Below are positions 37,128 to 46,640 of a stretch of 64,000 nt of DNA, one piece after another. How positions within the stretch are numbered: the stretch's first letter is position 1; every line of letters begins with the position of its first letter. The DNA is from an uncultured bacterium (GTDB lineage Bacteria; Actinomycetota; Acidimicrobiia; Spongiisociales; UBA5794), in NCBI GenBank assembly GCA_963801165.1, contig CAWDDT010000004.1:288001-352000 (forward strand). The letters run 5' to 3'. Below the pieces are notes generated by a model, which saw nothing but the letters and a program-made list of their open reading frames with translations, did not search any database and was not told where the DNA came from. Position numbers and translations under genes: made by a program.

Positions 37128-38344
37128 GAGCCGGCAGTGGTCTGGAGCAGGCCGTCCTCGAGATCGCGATAGACGTCCTCTGCTTCCGGAGCCAGATACA
37201 CGACGCTCGCCGAGCCTGCGGTGCCGATAGAGCCCGGGAGCACCACGTTGGTGAGCTGGTCGGAGCCGAAGAAGTAGATCGATGCGGCCAGAGTCAGCAG
37301 ATCCTCGGTCGACAAATCGGTCCACACGTTGTCGAGCAGGATGCTGATCCACTGCGGCAGCATGTCGATCCCGGCCGTTTGGATCATGTCCATGCCCGCC
37401 AGCATGATCCGACCCTGGTTGACGGAGCGGTCGAAGTCGCCGCGGGCGAGACCCTTGCGGATCCTGGCGAGCTGGAGAGTCCGGGTGGGGTTGAGCGTTT
37501 GCTCGCCGGCGGGGAAGTTGGACCAGTTGTTGCCGCTGCGCATCGTCGACGGGAGATCGATGTGGAGCCCGCCGAGGGCCGTGATCAGACCGTCGAAACC
37601 GAGAAACCCGGTGACGAAGTAACCCTCGATCGGTAGGTCGGTGATGTTCTTGACGATATCCATCTCGACCTCGGGACCGGCTCCCGCCATGTGGTTGGTG
37701 AGCTTGTTCATCCCTTTCGGGCCCTCTACCCAGCTGTCTCTCGGGAACCCGACAATGGCGCCGGCGCCCTGGCTGGGCACCACGGTGAGGATATGGACAC
37801 TGTCGGCCCGGTACCGCTGCTGGTTCTCCCCGGGACGGGCATCCGAGCCGAGCACCAGGACCATGCGCGGCTCTGGTCCGAACCAGGGAGTGGTCCCGTC
37901 CATGGCCGCGCCCACGATGCGCCAGCCTGAGCCGTCGTCAACTAGCGCCAGCACATCGTTGTCGACATGGGCGATGGCGACGCTGTCGCCGGTGCTCAAC
38001 TCGGCCGACGACACGCCGCCCTCGGCGCCGGGGTCGGTGCGGTGGAGCCCGGCGAGATGGGTCAACAGGTCCGCCGGAACGTTGGGTTCGGGGTTGCGGG
38101 CATCTGCAAGCCATGAGTAGAACTCGTCGAGCGGTGCCGCGAAACCGTCCGGCATGGTGAAACCGAGCGATACCTGCTGGGGCCCTGCCTCCGTGGTGGT
38201 CGTCGAAGCAGTTGTCGTGGGGGCGGCGGTGGTTGTTGCCATCGCCGTGGTCGATGTTGTGTCCTGCGCGTCTCCGTTGCCGCTACATGCAGCGGCGAGG
38301 AGGGCGAACACAACGAGAAATCGGGTGATGAGTGAGAATCGCAC
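37124..38344 (-). CDS. LCP (LytR-CpsA-Psr) family lipoprotein
   Basis: Lipobox AAAC, VLGSDAR, RADS, FPRDSWV, ARIRK..GDFDR. Confidence 0.9.
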   Translation of the reverse strand: MRFSLITRFLVVFALLAAACSGNGDAQDTTSTTAMATTTAAPTTTASTTTTEAGPQQVSLGFTMPDGFAAPLDEFYSWLADARNPEPNVPADLLTHLAGLHRTDPGAEGGVSSAELSTGDSVAIAHVDNDVLALVDDGSGWRIVGAAMDGTTPWFGPEPRMVLVLGSDARPGENQQRYRADSVHILTVVPSQGAGAIVGFPRDSWVEGPKGMNKLTNHMAGAGPEVEMDIVKNITDLPIEGYFVTGFLGFDGLITALGGLHIDLPSTMRSGNNWSNFPAGEQTLNPTRTLQLARIRKGLARGDFDRSVNQGRIMLAGMDMIQTAGIDMLPQWISILLDNVWTDLSTEDLLTLAASIYFFGSDQLTNVVLPGSIGTAGSASVVYLAPEAEDVYRDLEDGLLQTTAGS

Positions 38345-38436
38345 GGGGGGCGATCTTAGTGGGATGCGGTGACCTACGAGCGAGCGGCCCGGTCGTGACG
38401 ATTACTCTGACCGGCCGCAGGGAGTAAGGAGCTGGA

Positions 38437-39093
38437 GTGCGGATAGTCATTGCCGGATGCGGGCGGGTGGGGAGCGATCTCGCCTTGAGCCTGTCCGACT
38501 CGGGTCATGATGTCTCGGTGGTCGACAACGAGGCGGGATCTTTCCGCCGTCTCGGGAGCGCATTCAACGGTACGACGCACGAGGGCCAGGCTTATGACAT
38601 CAGGGTGATGCGTGAAGCCGGGATTGAATTCGCCGACGCCTTCGCTGCCGTGACGAGCTTCGACAACGTGAACCTCATGGCGGTCCAGGTCGCCAACCAG
38701 GTCTTCGGTGTCCCCAAGACGGTCGCCAGGCTCGACGACCCCCGCCGTACCGACGCCTACCGTGCTTTGAACATCAGACACGTCACCGCAGGCAAGCTCA
38801 TCTCGCGGGCGGTGCGCGAGCAGATCCTCGAAGGCGAGTACCAGAGCCACCTGTCCTTTCTCGGCGAGAACGTCGAGCTGATCGAGATGCTGATGTCGGC
38901 CGATGCCGAAGGGATCACAGTCCACGACCTCGAGATCAGGGGGAGGCTCCGTGTCGCCGCCGTTCGGCGCGGTCTCGAAGTCATTGTGGCAACACGGCGC
39001 CTCGTTCTCGAGGAGGACGACATTGTCATCGCCGCGGCAGAGGAGGGCGTACGTCGCAAGATCAGCCGCTACTGCAAGGGAGCCGAGCTGTGA
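38437..39093 (+). CDS. trkA: TrkA K+ uptake RCK subunit
   Basis: IVIAGCGRVG, VTSFDNVN, VARLDDP. Confidence 0.9.
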   Translation: MRIVIAGCGRVGSDLALSLSDSGHDVSVVDNEAGSFRRLGSAFNGTTHEGQAYDIRVMREAGIEFADAFAAVTSFDNVNLMAVQVANQVFGVPKTVARLDDPRRTDAYRALNIRHVTAGKLISRAVREQILEGEYQSHLSFLGENVELIEMLMSADAEGITVHDLEIRGRLRVAAVRRGLEVIVATRRLVLEEDDIVIAAAEEGVRRKISRYCKGAEL

Positions 39094-39749
39094 GGATCCT
39101 GGTCATCGGCGGTGGCAAGGTCGGGTCGAGCCTCAGCCTCATGCTCGAGAACGAAGGCCATGTTGTCTCGCTCATCGAAGTCAATGCCGAGCGGGCCGAG
39201 AACCTGATCGAGAACGCCGACTTCATGGTCTTCCACGGTGACGGATCCGACGTTGAGTTGCTGAGGGCTGCCGACATCGAGCGCATCGACTGGGCGGTCG
39301 CTGTGACGGGGCATGACGAGGACAACCTCGTTGCCTGCGAGCTCGCGCGAACCCTCGGCGCCAAGAACGTCCTGGCCCGTCTCAACAACCCGCTCAACCG
39401 CCCAACTTTCGAGGCGCTGGGCGTTCCAGTTGTCGGGGTGACGGAGCTCATGGCCCAGGTGATCTCGCGCGAGGTGGATTTGGTAGATCTGAGCCGGCTC
39501 GCCGTCATCGAGGGCGGCGATGTCAGCCTCGTCGAGCGCGAGCTGCCGGATGACTATCCGTCGACCCGGATCACGGACCTGGAGTTGCCGCGCCCTTCCC
39601 TGTTGATCACGCTGATCCGCGACGGACGGGCCTCGGTTCCCGGTCCCAGCACGATTCTCAAGGCCGGCGACAAAGTGCTGGCGGTGGTGCCGATCGAGCA
39701 CGAGAAGTCGTTCGCCGCCGCGTTCGAGACGTACGAGGCGAAGAAGTGA
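39090..39749 (+). CDS. trkA: TrkA K+ uptake RCK subunit
   Basis: VIGGGKVG, GDGSD, VTGHDEDNL, LKAGD. Confidence 0.92.
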   Translation: MRILVIGGGKVGSSLSLMLENEGHVVSLIEVNAERAENLIENADFMVFHGDGSDVELLRAADIERIDWAVAVTGHDEDNLVACELARTLGAKNVLARLNNPLNRPTFEALGVPVVGVTELMAQVISREVDLVDLSRLAVIEGGDVSLVERELPDDYPSTRITDLELPRPSLLITLIRDGRASVPGPSTILKAGDKVLAVVPIEHEKSFAAAFETYEAKK

Positions 39750-39892
39750 ACGGCGGGTCCGGGCGCCGCGGCCAGAACTGGAACGACGACATTCGCGGTG
39801 GCCTCAGCGCTTTCCTGCTCGAGGCCGTGATCGTTGTAGTCCTCGTCGCCTTTGCGGTGGTGGTGGCGTTTCTCGCTCTGTCGGTGGTGTGA
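39746..39892 (+). CDS. 48-aa single-TM small protein
   Basis: GTGA overlap with trkA, stop abuts the trkH ATG; MNGGSGRRGQNWNDDIRGGLSAFLLEAVIVVVLVAFAVVVAFLALSVV. Confidence 0.65.
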   Translation: MNGGSGRRGQNWNDDIRGGLSAFLLEAVIVVVLVAFAVVVAFLALSVV

Positions 39893-41389
39893 ATGCTCGT
39901 ACGACCAACGGCCGAGGACTTCCGCGTGGTGGGATCCAACCTCGGTCGGCTCTCCATTCTCGTCGGGGCCGCCGGAGCGATTCCGTTGCTGTGGGCGGTG
40001 ATCGGCAGGGAGTGGGCCCCCGCCTCGTCGTTCTGCCTCATGATCGGGGTGTTCCTGGTCCTCGGGTCGCTGGCACGCAGGATCCGGGTACAGAGGCATC
40101 GTCTCGACTGGTCTCATGGCATGGTGGTCGTAGCGCTCGCCTGGCTGCTGGTACCCATCCTGGGGGCGATCCCGCTGGCTCTGAGCGGGCACTATGCCAG
40201 CTACCTGGATGCTCTGTTCGATGCCATGTCGGGTCTGACCACGACCGGTCTCACGCTCGTTCAGGACCTCGACCACCTCGCCCCTTCGCTCAACTTCTGG
40301 CGGCACCTGCTGCACTTCCTCGGTGGGCAGGGCATCATCATCGCCGCCTTGTCGATCTTTGCCGGTGGTGGTGCGGTCACGCTGTATCTGGGTGAGGCTC
40401 GCGACGAACGAATTCTCCCGTCGGTGCGCTCGACCGCCCGATTCATCTGGGCGGCGGCACTGGTGCACCTGGTGGCAGGCGTGGCGGTGCTCACGCTGGT
40501 TGCCTGGCTCGTCCTCGGTTTTGGGTTCTATCGGTCGCTCTTCCACGGGCTGATGGTCTTCTTCGCCGCCTTCGACACCGGCGGATTCTCGGCGCAGTCG
40601 ACGAACCTCGGGTACTACCACTCGATGATCTTCGAGTTCGGCGCTTCGATCCTGATGGTGGCGGGCGCCATGTCGTTTGGTCTCCACTACACGCTGTGGA
40701 AGAAGCGGTACTCGACCGCCATGCTGAACCTGGAGACCCGGACCATCCTGATCACCTTCGGGGGGACTTTGGCCGCCACCATCCTGGGTCTTGCCGCCAC
40801 CGGTCAGTTCACCCACAGCCTTGGCCTGGCCCGCTATTCGTTTTTCCAGGTCCTATCCGCCCACACCGGTACCGGGTTCGGGACCGTGTCGGTGCCTGAG
40901 CTCGCCGGGTGGTCCGGTCTCGCGTTCGGGGGCATGACGATCGCGATGGCGCTTGGTGGGATGGGGTCGTCGACTGCCGGTGGCGTCAAGTCGCTGCGCA
41001 TCGGTATCACCGTGCGCACCATCATCGCCCAGATCAAACAGGTGCTCGTACCCGAGGGCGCGCTGGTCGGCCGCTCGTATTTCCAGAACGCCAAGACGAG
41101 GCTGACCCCGGAGCTGTCCCAGGCCGCGATGTCGGTTTCGCTTCTGTACGTCGCCATGTATTTGCTGGGCGCCGCCGTTGCCCTCGCCTACGGCTATGGA
41201 TTGCGTGAAGCGTTGTTCGAGGCGATCTCGGCCGGAGCCAACGTGGGCTTGTCGGTTGGCGTTACCGACCCGGCCATGCCTGCACTCCTCAAGATCACGT
41301 ATATCGCACAGATGTGGTTGGGCAGGCTCGAGTTTGTGGCATGTTTCGCCCTGTTCGGGTTCATCTGGTCGACGTGGAGGGGAAAATGA
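39893..41389 (+). CDS. trkH: TrkH K+ transporter
   Basis: Pore loops TTTGL, DTGGF, TGTGF, ANVGL; SSTAGGVK; LGRLE. Confidence 0.93.
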   Translation: MLVRPTAEDFRVVGSNLGRLSILVGAAGAIPLLWAVIGREWAPASSFCLMIGVFLVLGSLARRIRVQRHRLDWSHGMVVVALAWLLVPILGAIPLALSGHYASYLDALFDAMSGLTTTGLTLVQDLDHLAPSLNFWRHLLHFLGGQGIIIAALSIFAGGGAVTLYLGEARDERILPSVRSTARFIWAAALVHLVAGVAVLTLVAWLVLGFGFYRSLFHGLMVFFAAFDTGGFSAQSTNLGYYHSMIFEFGASILMVAGAMSFGLHYTLWKKRYSTAMLNLETRTILITFGGTLAATILGLAATGQFTHSLGLARYSFFQVLSAHTGTGFGTVSVPELAGWSGLAFGGMTIAMALGGMGSSTAGGVKSLRIGITVRTIIAQIKQVLVPEGALVGRSYFQNAKTRLTPELSQAAMSVSLLYVAMYLLGAAVALAYGYGLREALFEAISAGANVGLSVGVTDPAMPALLKITYIAQMWLGRLEFVACFALFGFIWSTWRGK

Positions 41390-41922
41390 GACGCCTCCTG
41401 TTCATCGCTTCCGTCATGTTGCTGGTGCCTGCCTATCCGGCGGGCGCGGCCACGGACGGAGTGCAGGTGAGCGTCACCGATCTGATCCAGGACGCCGCGG
41501 TGATCCAGGGGAATGTCGTTGTCCAGGGAGAGCTCATCGGTGACTACGGATTCCGCCGCGACGGGTCTATGTGGACCCAGCTCAACGGCGACAGTTACGT
41601 CTACAAGCCGGTGCTCGACGGCGGCCCACTCACCGGTGGCAATGTCGGGGTGGCGGTGCGGATACCCGAGGCCATAGCGAGGACGCTCGACAAGCCCGGC
41701 GGGTACCGGGTCCGCGGCCCCCTGGTGGAAATCGTGGGTGAGTGGAAGTACCACGATCCGCACCGCGGTGGAGAGTCGTACATCGACGTGCTCACTCTCG
41801 AGGTGCTCGAGCCGGGACGTGGGCTCGTCGAGCACCCCGACTACTGGATCCTGGCCTCGGGTCTGATATTGATTGCGGCCGCCGCAGCGCTGCGGCGAGG
41901 ATCGGGCCGCGCTAACCGCTGA
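41386..41922 (+). CDS. exported OB-fold-like protein with C-terminal TM
   Basis: Signal peptide, VSVTDLI..NVVVQGELIGD beta-rich domain, C-terminal anchor; ATGA overlap with trkH. Confidence 0.7.
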   Translation: MRRLLFIASVMLLVPAYPAGAATDGVQVSVTDLIQDAAVIQGNVVVQGELIGDYGFRRDGSMWTQLNGDSYVYKPVLDGGPLTGGNVGVAVRIPEAIARTLDKPGGYRVRGPLVEIVGEWKYHDPHRGGESYIDVLTLEVLEPGRGLVEHPDYWILASGLILIAAAAALRRGSGRANR

Positions 41923-42008
41923 GAAGTCACCGACACTGATCCCAATTATTAGGGAAATGTCCGCTGGCTAAAATCACCGGGTCCGACCAATCGACCGCGG
42001 GAGATACT

Positions 42009-44081
42009 GTGCAGATCTGGCTCTACCTGGCCATGCTGGCTGCGTTGGCTGCCCTCGCCCTTGCCTCTGTCTTTGCTCGTCAAGTCAACAGCGCGAGCCC
42101 CGGCAATGAGCGCATGCAGGAGTTGATGGGTGCGATCCGGGACGGGGCCATGGCCTTTATCCGGCGTGAGTACACGGCGGTCGCCGGGTTCGTCCTGGTG
42201 ATGGCCATTCTCATCTTCGTCCTTCTCGACTGGGGCAGGCCCTGGGGTGCGATCGCATACATCTTCGGGGCCACGCTGTCGGCCTCTGCCGGCTTTATCG
42301 GGATGCGGGTCGCCACCGCGGCGAATGCCAGGACGGCGGAGGCAGCCCGTGAGGGTGGTATCGAGCGGGCACTGCCGCTCGCGTTCCGGGGCGGGGCGGT
42401 GATGGGCTTCACTGTGGCTGGCCTCGGTCTGCTCGGTCTCAGCCTCGGATACCTGTTCTTCAAGGTCATCCTCGACGAACCCCAGGCATTTCAGATCGTC
42501 ACCGCCATCGGTCTCGGCGCCTCATCTATTGCACTGTTCTCCCGTGTCGGTGGCGGCATCTACACCAAGGCCGCCGACGTGGGTGCCGACCTCGTCGGCA
42601 AGGTAGAGGCGGGGATCCCCGAGGACGATCCCCGCAACCCGGCAACGATTGCCGACAACGTAGGCGACAACGTAGGCGACGTAGCAGGTATGGGGGCGGA
42701 CCTCTACGAGAGCTACATGGGCTCTCTCATCGCCCCGATCGCATTTGCGGCATTCGCGTTCGCGGGACAGGCCTTCCAGGAGAAGGCCTTTCTCTATCCC
42801 CTCATGATTGCAACCATCGGCATGGTGGGGTCGATAGTCGGTGCGTTCCTGGTCAAGCCGGGCAAGGGGACGCTCACCGCGGCGTTGCATCGCGGTACCT
42901 ACGCCGCGATGGGGATAACGATTGTGGGGGTCGGGATCGTGACCCCGTTCTTCTTCGGAGACGAGAAGGGCGTGAAGAACACCTGGGGGCTGTTCGCCGC
43001 AGTTGTCATCGGGCTCTTCGTCGGCTGGTTCATCGGTCAGATCTCAGAGTGGTTCACCAGTGACCACCACAAGATCGTCAAGGAGATCGCCCGCCAGTCC
43101 CAGACCGGTCCGGCTACCGTCGTTCTCGAGGGCATCGCCGAAGGCATGCGCTCGGCGGCCTTCTCAGTGGTGGTCGTGGCCTTCGGCATGCTCGGCGCTT
43201 ACTGGGGTGGTCAGATTGCATTCGATGTCGATCTGGCCGGGATCTACGGCATCGCCATCGCCGCTATCGGTGTGCTGGCGACGCTGGGCATCACGGTTTC
43301 GGTGGATGCCTATGGCCCCATCGCCGACAATGCAGGTGGTATTGCCGAGATGGCGCATCTCCCGGCCGAGGTGCGCGAGGCAACCGATGCTCTCGACTCG
43401 CTGGGCAACACCACGGCCGCAATCGCCAAGGGATTTGCCATCGCCTCGGCGGCGGTGACGGCGCTGGCCCTGTTCTTCACGTTCCGTCAGGCAGTTGTCG
43501 ACGCCGGCGGGGAACTCGGGACGCTCGACATCCTCGACATCCCGGTGACCGTCGGTCTGTTCCTCGGGGGCATGTTCCCCTTCCTGTTCGCCTCGATGAC
43601 GATCAAGGCTGTCGGCAGGGCCGCCAACCAAATGATCGAGGAGGTGCGGCGCCAGTTCCGGGAGATCGTTGGTCTCAGAGAGGGTCGCGACGGCGTCAAG
43701 GCCGACTATGCCAAGTGTGTCGACATCTCGACCACGGCGGCGTTGCGGGAGATGATCATCCCCGGAGCGCTCGCGATCGCCCTGCCCCTCGTCGTCGGGT
43801 TCATCAGCGTCCGAGCGCTCGGTGGCCTGCTCGCCGGTGCGCTGGTCTCGGGCTTCCTGCTTGCCATCTTCATGGCAAACGCCGGTGGTGCCTGGGACAA
43901 TGCCAAGAAGTTCATCGAGGCGGGCGCTTACGGTGGCAAGGGCTCGGACTCGCACAAGGCCGCCGTTGTCGGCGACACGATCGGCGATCCGTTCAAGGAC
44001 ACGGCGGGCCCGGCGATGAACATCGTTATCAAGGTGATGACCATCGTCAGCCTCATCTTCGCCTCGGCGTTCGTTCACTAG
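42009..44081 (+). CDS. hppA: membrane pyrophosphatase, K+-dependent, probably Na+-translocating
   Basis: GGGIYTKAADVGADLVGKVE, DNVGDNVGD, ADLYESY, GNTTAA, GDTIGDPFKDT. Confidence 0.96.
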   Translation: MQIWLYLAMLAALAALALASVFARQVNSASPGNERMQELMGAIRDGAMAFIRREYTAVAGFVLVMAILIFVLLDWGRPWGAIAYIFGATLSASAGFIGMRVATAANARTAEAAREGGIERALPLAFRGGAVMGFTVAGLGLLGLSLGYLFFKVILDEPQAFQIVTAIGLGASSIALFSRVGGGIYTKAADVGADLVGKVEAGIPEDDPRNPATIADNVGDNVGDVAGMGADLYESYMGSLIAPIAFAAFAFAGQAFQEKAFLYPLMIATIGMVGSIVGAFLVKPGKGTLTAALHRGTYAAMGITIVGVGIVTPFFFGDEKGVKNTWGLFAAVVIGLFVGWFIGQISEWFTSDHHKIVKEIARQSQTGPATVVLEGIAEGMRSAAFSVVVVAFGMLGAYWGGQIAFDVDLAGIYGIAIAAIGVLATLGITVSVDAYGPIADNAGGIAEMAHLPAEVREATDALDSLGNTTAAIAKGFAIASAAVTALALFFTFRQAVVDAGGELGTLDILDIPVTVGLFLGGMFPFLFASMTIKAVGRAANQMIEEVRRQFREIVGLREGRDGVKADYAKCVDISTTAALREMIIPGALAIALPLVVGFISVRALGGLLAGALVSGFLLAIFMANAGGAWDNAKKFIEAGAYGGKGSDSHKAAVVGDTIGDPFKDTAGPAMNIVIKVMTIVSLIFASAFVH

Positions 44082-44114
44082 CGCCGTCGGAGACACAACC
44101 CTTACGGAGGAGGA

Positions 44115-44143
44115 CCCGCCCCCGGCCTTGTGCCGGGGGTGGG
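44115..44143 (+). terminator. hairpin after hppA
   Basis: CCCGCCCCCGGC-cttgt-GCCGGGGGTGGG. Confidence 0.6.
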
Positions 44144-44147
44144 CTCG

Positions 44148-44288
44148 CGAACACGAGACCTCCGAACACGAGACCTCCGAACACGAGACCTCCGAACACG
44201 AGACCTCCGAACACGAGACCTCCGAACACGAGACCGCGAACACGAGACCGCGAACAGGAGACCGCGAACACGAGACCGCGAACACGAG
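44148..44288 (+). repeat. 15/14-bp tandem repeat array, about 10 copies
   Basis: CGAACACGAGACCTC x5, CGAACACGAGACCG x4 (one variant), partial CGAACACGAG. Confidence 0.95.
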
Positions 44289-44320
44289 TAGGTTCGGGGA
44301 GTCGAAAACGGGAGGCAATC

Positions 44321-45043
44321 GTGGCGGAGGATGGCATGCATCGGGACTTCTCGGATCTGAAGGCCCTCTTCATCAACTGCACGCTGAAGAGGTCTCCGGA
44401 GATGTCGCACACCCGGGGTCTCATCGACATCTCGATGGAAATCATGGAGAAGAACGCAGTTTCGACGGAGTGCATCCGCGCAGCCGATCACGACCTGCCG
44501 CCCGGTGTATATCCGGACATGACCGAGCACGGCTGGGCGAGCGACGAGTGGCCGACGATCTATGAGAAGGTGATGGCCGCCGACATCCTGGTGTTGGGCT
44601 CGCCGATCTGGTTGGGTGAGAAATCCTCGATCTGTACCCGGGTCATCGAGCGCCTGTACGGGAACTCCGGTCTTCTCAACGAGCGCGGGCAGTACGCCTA
44701 CTACGGGAAGGCAGGCGGTTGTCTGATCACCGGCAACGAGGATGGGATCAAACACTGCTCGATGAATATCCTCTACTCCCTGCAGCATCTCGGGTATTCG
44801 ATCCCTCCGCAGGCCGATGCCGGCTGGATCGGTGAGGCGGGGCCCGGTCCGTCCTACCTCGATCCCGGGAGCGGGGGACCGGAGAACGACTTCACCAACC
44901 GCAACACGACCTTCATGACCTGGAACCTCATGCACCTTGCCGGGATGCTCAAGGACGCGGGCGGCATCCCCGCCTGGGGCAACCAGCGCTCGGAATGGGA
45001 CGCAGGCGCCCGCTTCGACTTCGAGAACCCCGAGTACCGCTAG
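44321..45043 (+). CDS. flavodoxin-like / NADPH-dependent FMN reductase family
   Basis: INCTLKRSP, ADILVLGSPIWLG, TGNEDG; GGAGG RBS. Confidence 0.88.
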   Translation: MAEDGMHRDFSDLKALFINCTLKRSPEMSHTRGLIDISMEIMEKNAVSTECIRAADHDLPPGVYPDMTEHGWASDEWPTIYEKVMAADILVLGSPIWLGEKSSICTRVIERLYGNSGLLNERGQYAYYGKAGGCLITGNEDGIKHCSMNILYSLQHLGYSIPPQADAGWIGEAGPGPSYLDPGSGGPENDFTNRNTTFMTWNLMHLAGMLKDAGGIPAWGNQRSEWDAGARFDFENPEYR

Positions 45044-45062
45044 TCCCCCCGCTCCGGGGGGA
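45044..45062. terminator. hairpin between convergent genes
   Basis: TCCCCCCG-ctc-CGGGGGGA. Confidence 0.5.
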
Positions 45063-45125
45063 AGGTTCCTGCGGGTGGCGTAGCGCCGGAGGGAGGAGGT
45101 TTCGGGCTGCGGCGCCGAGATCGGG

Positions 45126-46547
45126 TCAGTAGCTCCTGCCCACCACGGCGACGACATCATCGGCGTCAGGATCATCCGGTATCTCGCCGTTCTCGGTCTG
45201 CAGGCAACGAACGCTTATCGCATCCTCGGCAAGCACGGCCTCGCCCTCTTCACCCAACACCCGCCATGGAATCCGGGCGAACCCGGTGCGGGCCGCCTCG
45301 CGCGCTTCGTCGATCGACCCGGTAGTCATGGTTGCGCTCTCGAGTCGCAGGCGAGCGCTGTCGAACATGGATTGCTGTATGTCGTCGAGCGTCTCGACCA
45401 CGACCGCGGCCAGCGCGTCGAAGCCAACCGGAGTCTTCTCCTGCGTGTCCCGGCGCACCATGGTCACGGAGGAGGCGGCGAGGTCCCGGGGCCCGAGCTC
45501 GAGCCGGAGCGGCACCCCCTTCAGCTCCCAGTCGGTGATCCTCCTGCCGAGCCCCTGGTCGGTCGCCTTGTCCAGCCGGGCGCGCACCCCGGCGTCGCTG
45601 AGCTGTCTGAGTAGACCTTCGCCTGCCTCGAGCAGCGTCGCATCGTCGCGCACGATCACAACGACCGCCTGGATGGATGCGAGGCGCGGCGGTACCATCA
45701 GGCCACGGTCGTCGCCGTGTCCCATGATGAGACCGCCGACCATGCGGGTGCTGCTACCCCACGACGTGGTCCAGCAGTGCTGCTCCGTTCCCTGGTCGTC
45801 GAGAAACGTGATGTCGAAAGCGTTGGCGAAGTTCTGGCCGAACTCATGGCTGGTCGCCATCTGCAGCGCCTTGCCGTCGCGCATCATCGCCTCGCAGGTG
45901 AGCGTGTTGATCGCGCCGGCAAAGCGCTCCTGTGCGGTCTTCACCCCGACGAGAACCGGCAGTGCCATGACCTCTTCGAGGAATTCGCGGTAGACGCCGA
46001 GGTGGATCCGTCTTGCATACTCGGCGGCGTCCCGGCGCGAGGCGTGCGCAGTGTGGCCTTCCTGCCACAGGAACTCGGTCGTTCGCAGGAAAAGGCGCGG
46101 TCTCATCTCCCAGCGCACCACATTTGCCCATTGGTTGAGTAGCAGGGGCAGGTCGCGGTAGCTCTGGATCCACTTGGACATCAGCTCGCCAAACAGGGTC
46201 TCGCTGGTCGGGCGCACGACCAACGGTTCGGCGAGTTCCTTGCCGCCCGCGTGGGTGACTACGGCGAGCTCCGGGCTGAACCCTTCGACATGTTCGGCCT
46301 CGCGACGCAGGTAGCTCTCCGGGATGAGCAGCGGCAGGTACACGTTCTCAGCCCCGGTCGCTTTGATCCGGGAATCGACCTCGCTTTGCATGCGCTCCCA
46401 GATCCCATAGCCGTACGGTCGGATGACGATCGTCCCCCGCACCGGTCCGTTGTCTGCGACCTGGGCTTTGTCGAGAACTTCCTGGTACCAGCGGGGGAAG
46501 TCGTCTTGTTGCGGAGTCAATACTTGCGGACGGCTCGATTTAGGCAT
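45126..46547 (-). CDS. proS: proline--tRNA ligase (archaeal/eukaryotic type)
   Basis: EAEHVEGFSPE, RPTSET, NQWANVVRWE, EFLWQEGH, TSWGSSTR. Confidence 0.96.
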   Translation of the reverse strand: MPKSSRPQVLTPQQDDFPRWYQEVLDKAQVADNGPVRGTIVIRPYGYGIWERMQSEVDSRIKATGAENVYLPLLIPESYLRREAEHVEGFSPELAVVTHAGGKELAEPLVVRPTSETLFGELMSKWIQSYRDLPLLLNQWANVVRWEMRPRLFLRTTEFLWQEGHTAHASRRDAAEYARRIHLGVYREFLEEVMALPVLVGVKTAQERFAGAINTLTCEAMMRDGKALQMATSHEFGQNFANAFDITFLDDQGTEQHCWTTSWGSSTRMVGGLIMGHGDDRGLMVPPRLASIQAVVVIVRDDATLLEAGEGLLRQLSDAGVRARLDKATDQGLGRRITDWELKGVPLRLELGPRDLAASSVTMVRRDTQEKTPVGFDALAAVVVETLDDIQQSMFDSARLRLESATMTTGSIDEAREAARTGFARIPWRVLGEEGEAVLAEDAISVRCLQTENGEIPDDPDADDVVAVVGRSY

Positions 46548-46640
46548 CGCCCCACGATAACTACTCGATCCGACAACTATTTGATGCGGTCACTACTCGA
46601 TGCGGTGTGGCCGTTGCGGGGAGGCTCAGGCCACCGGGGG

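Noticed and set aside
44148-44288. Possible CRISPR array
   Set aside because: Units are 14-15 bp and head-to-tail, with no unique spacers and no cas genes in the window. The same applies to 30260-30338.
43715-44320. N-terminal extension with NTRPP repeats on the flavodoxin-like ORF (also the EHETS and SEVSC repeat ORFs)
   Set aside because: These are translations of a non-coding DNA repeat overlapping hppA. The real start has its own RBS at 44321.
45126-46547. Archaeal/eukaryotic-type ProRS as a novelty
   Set aside because: This type is well known in many bacteria, including actinomycetes.
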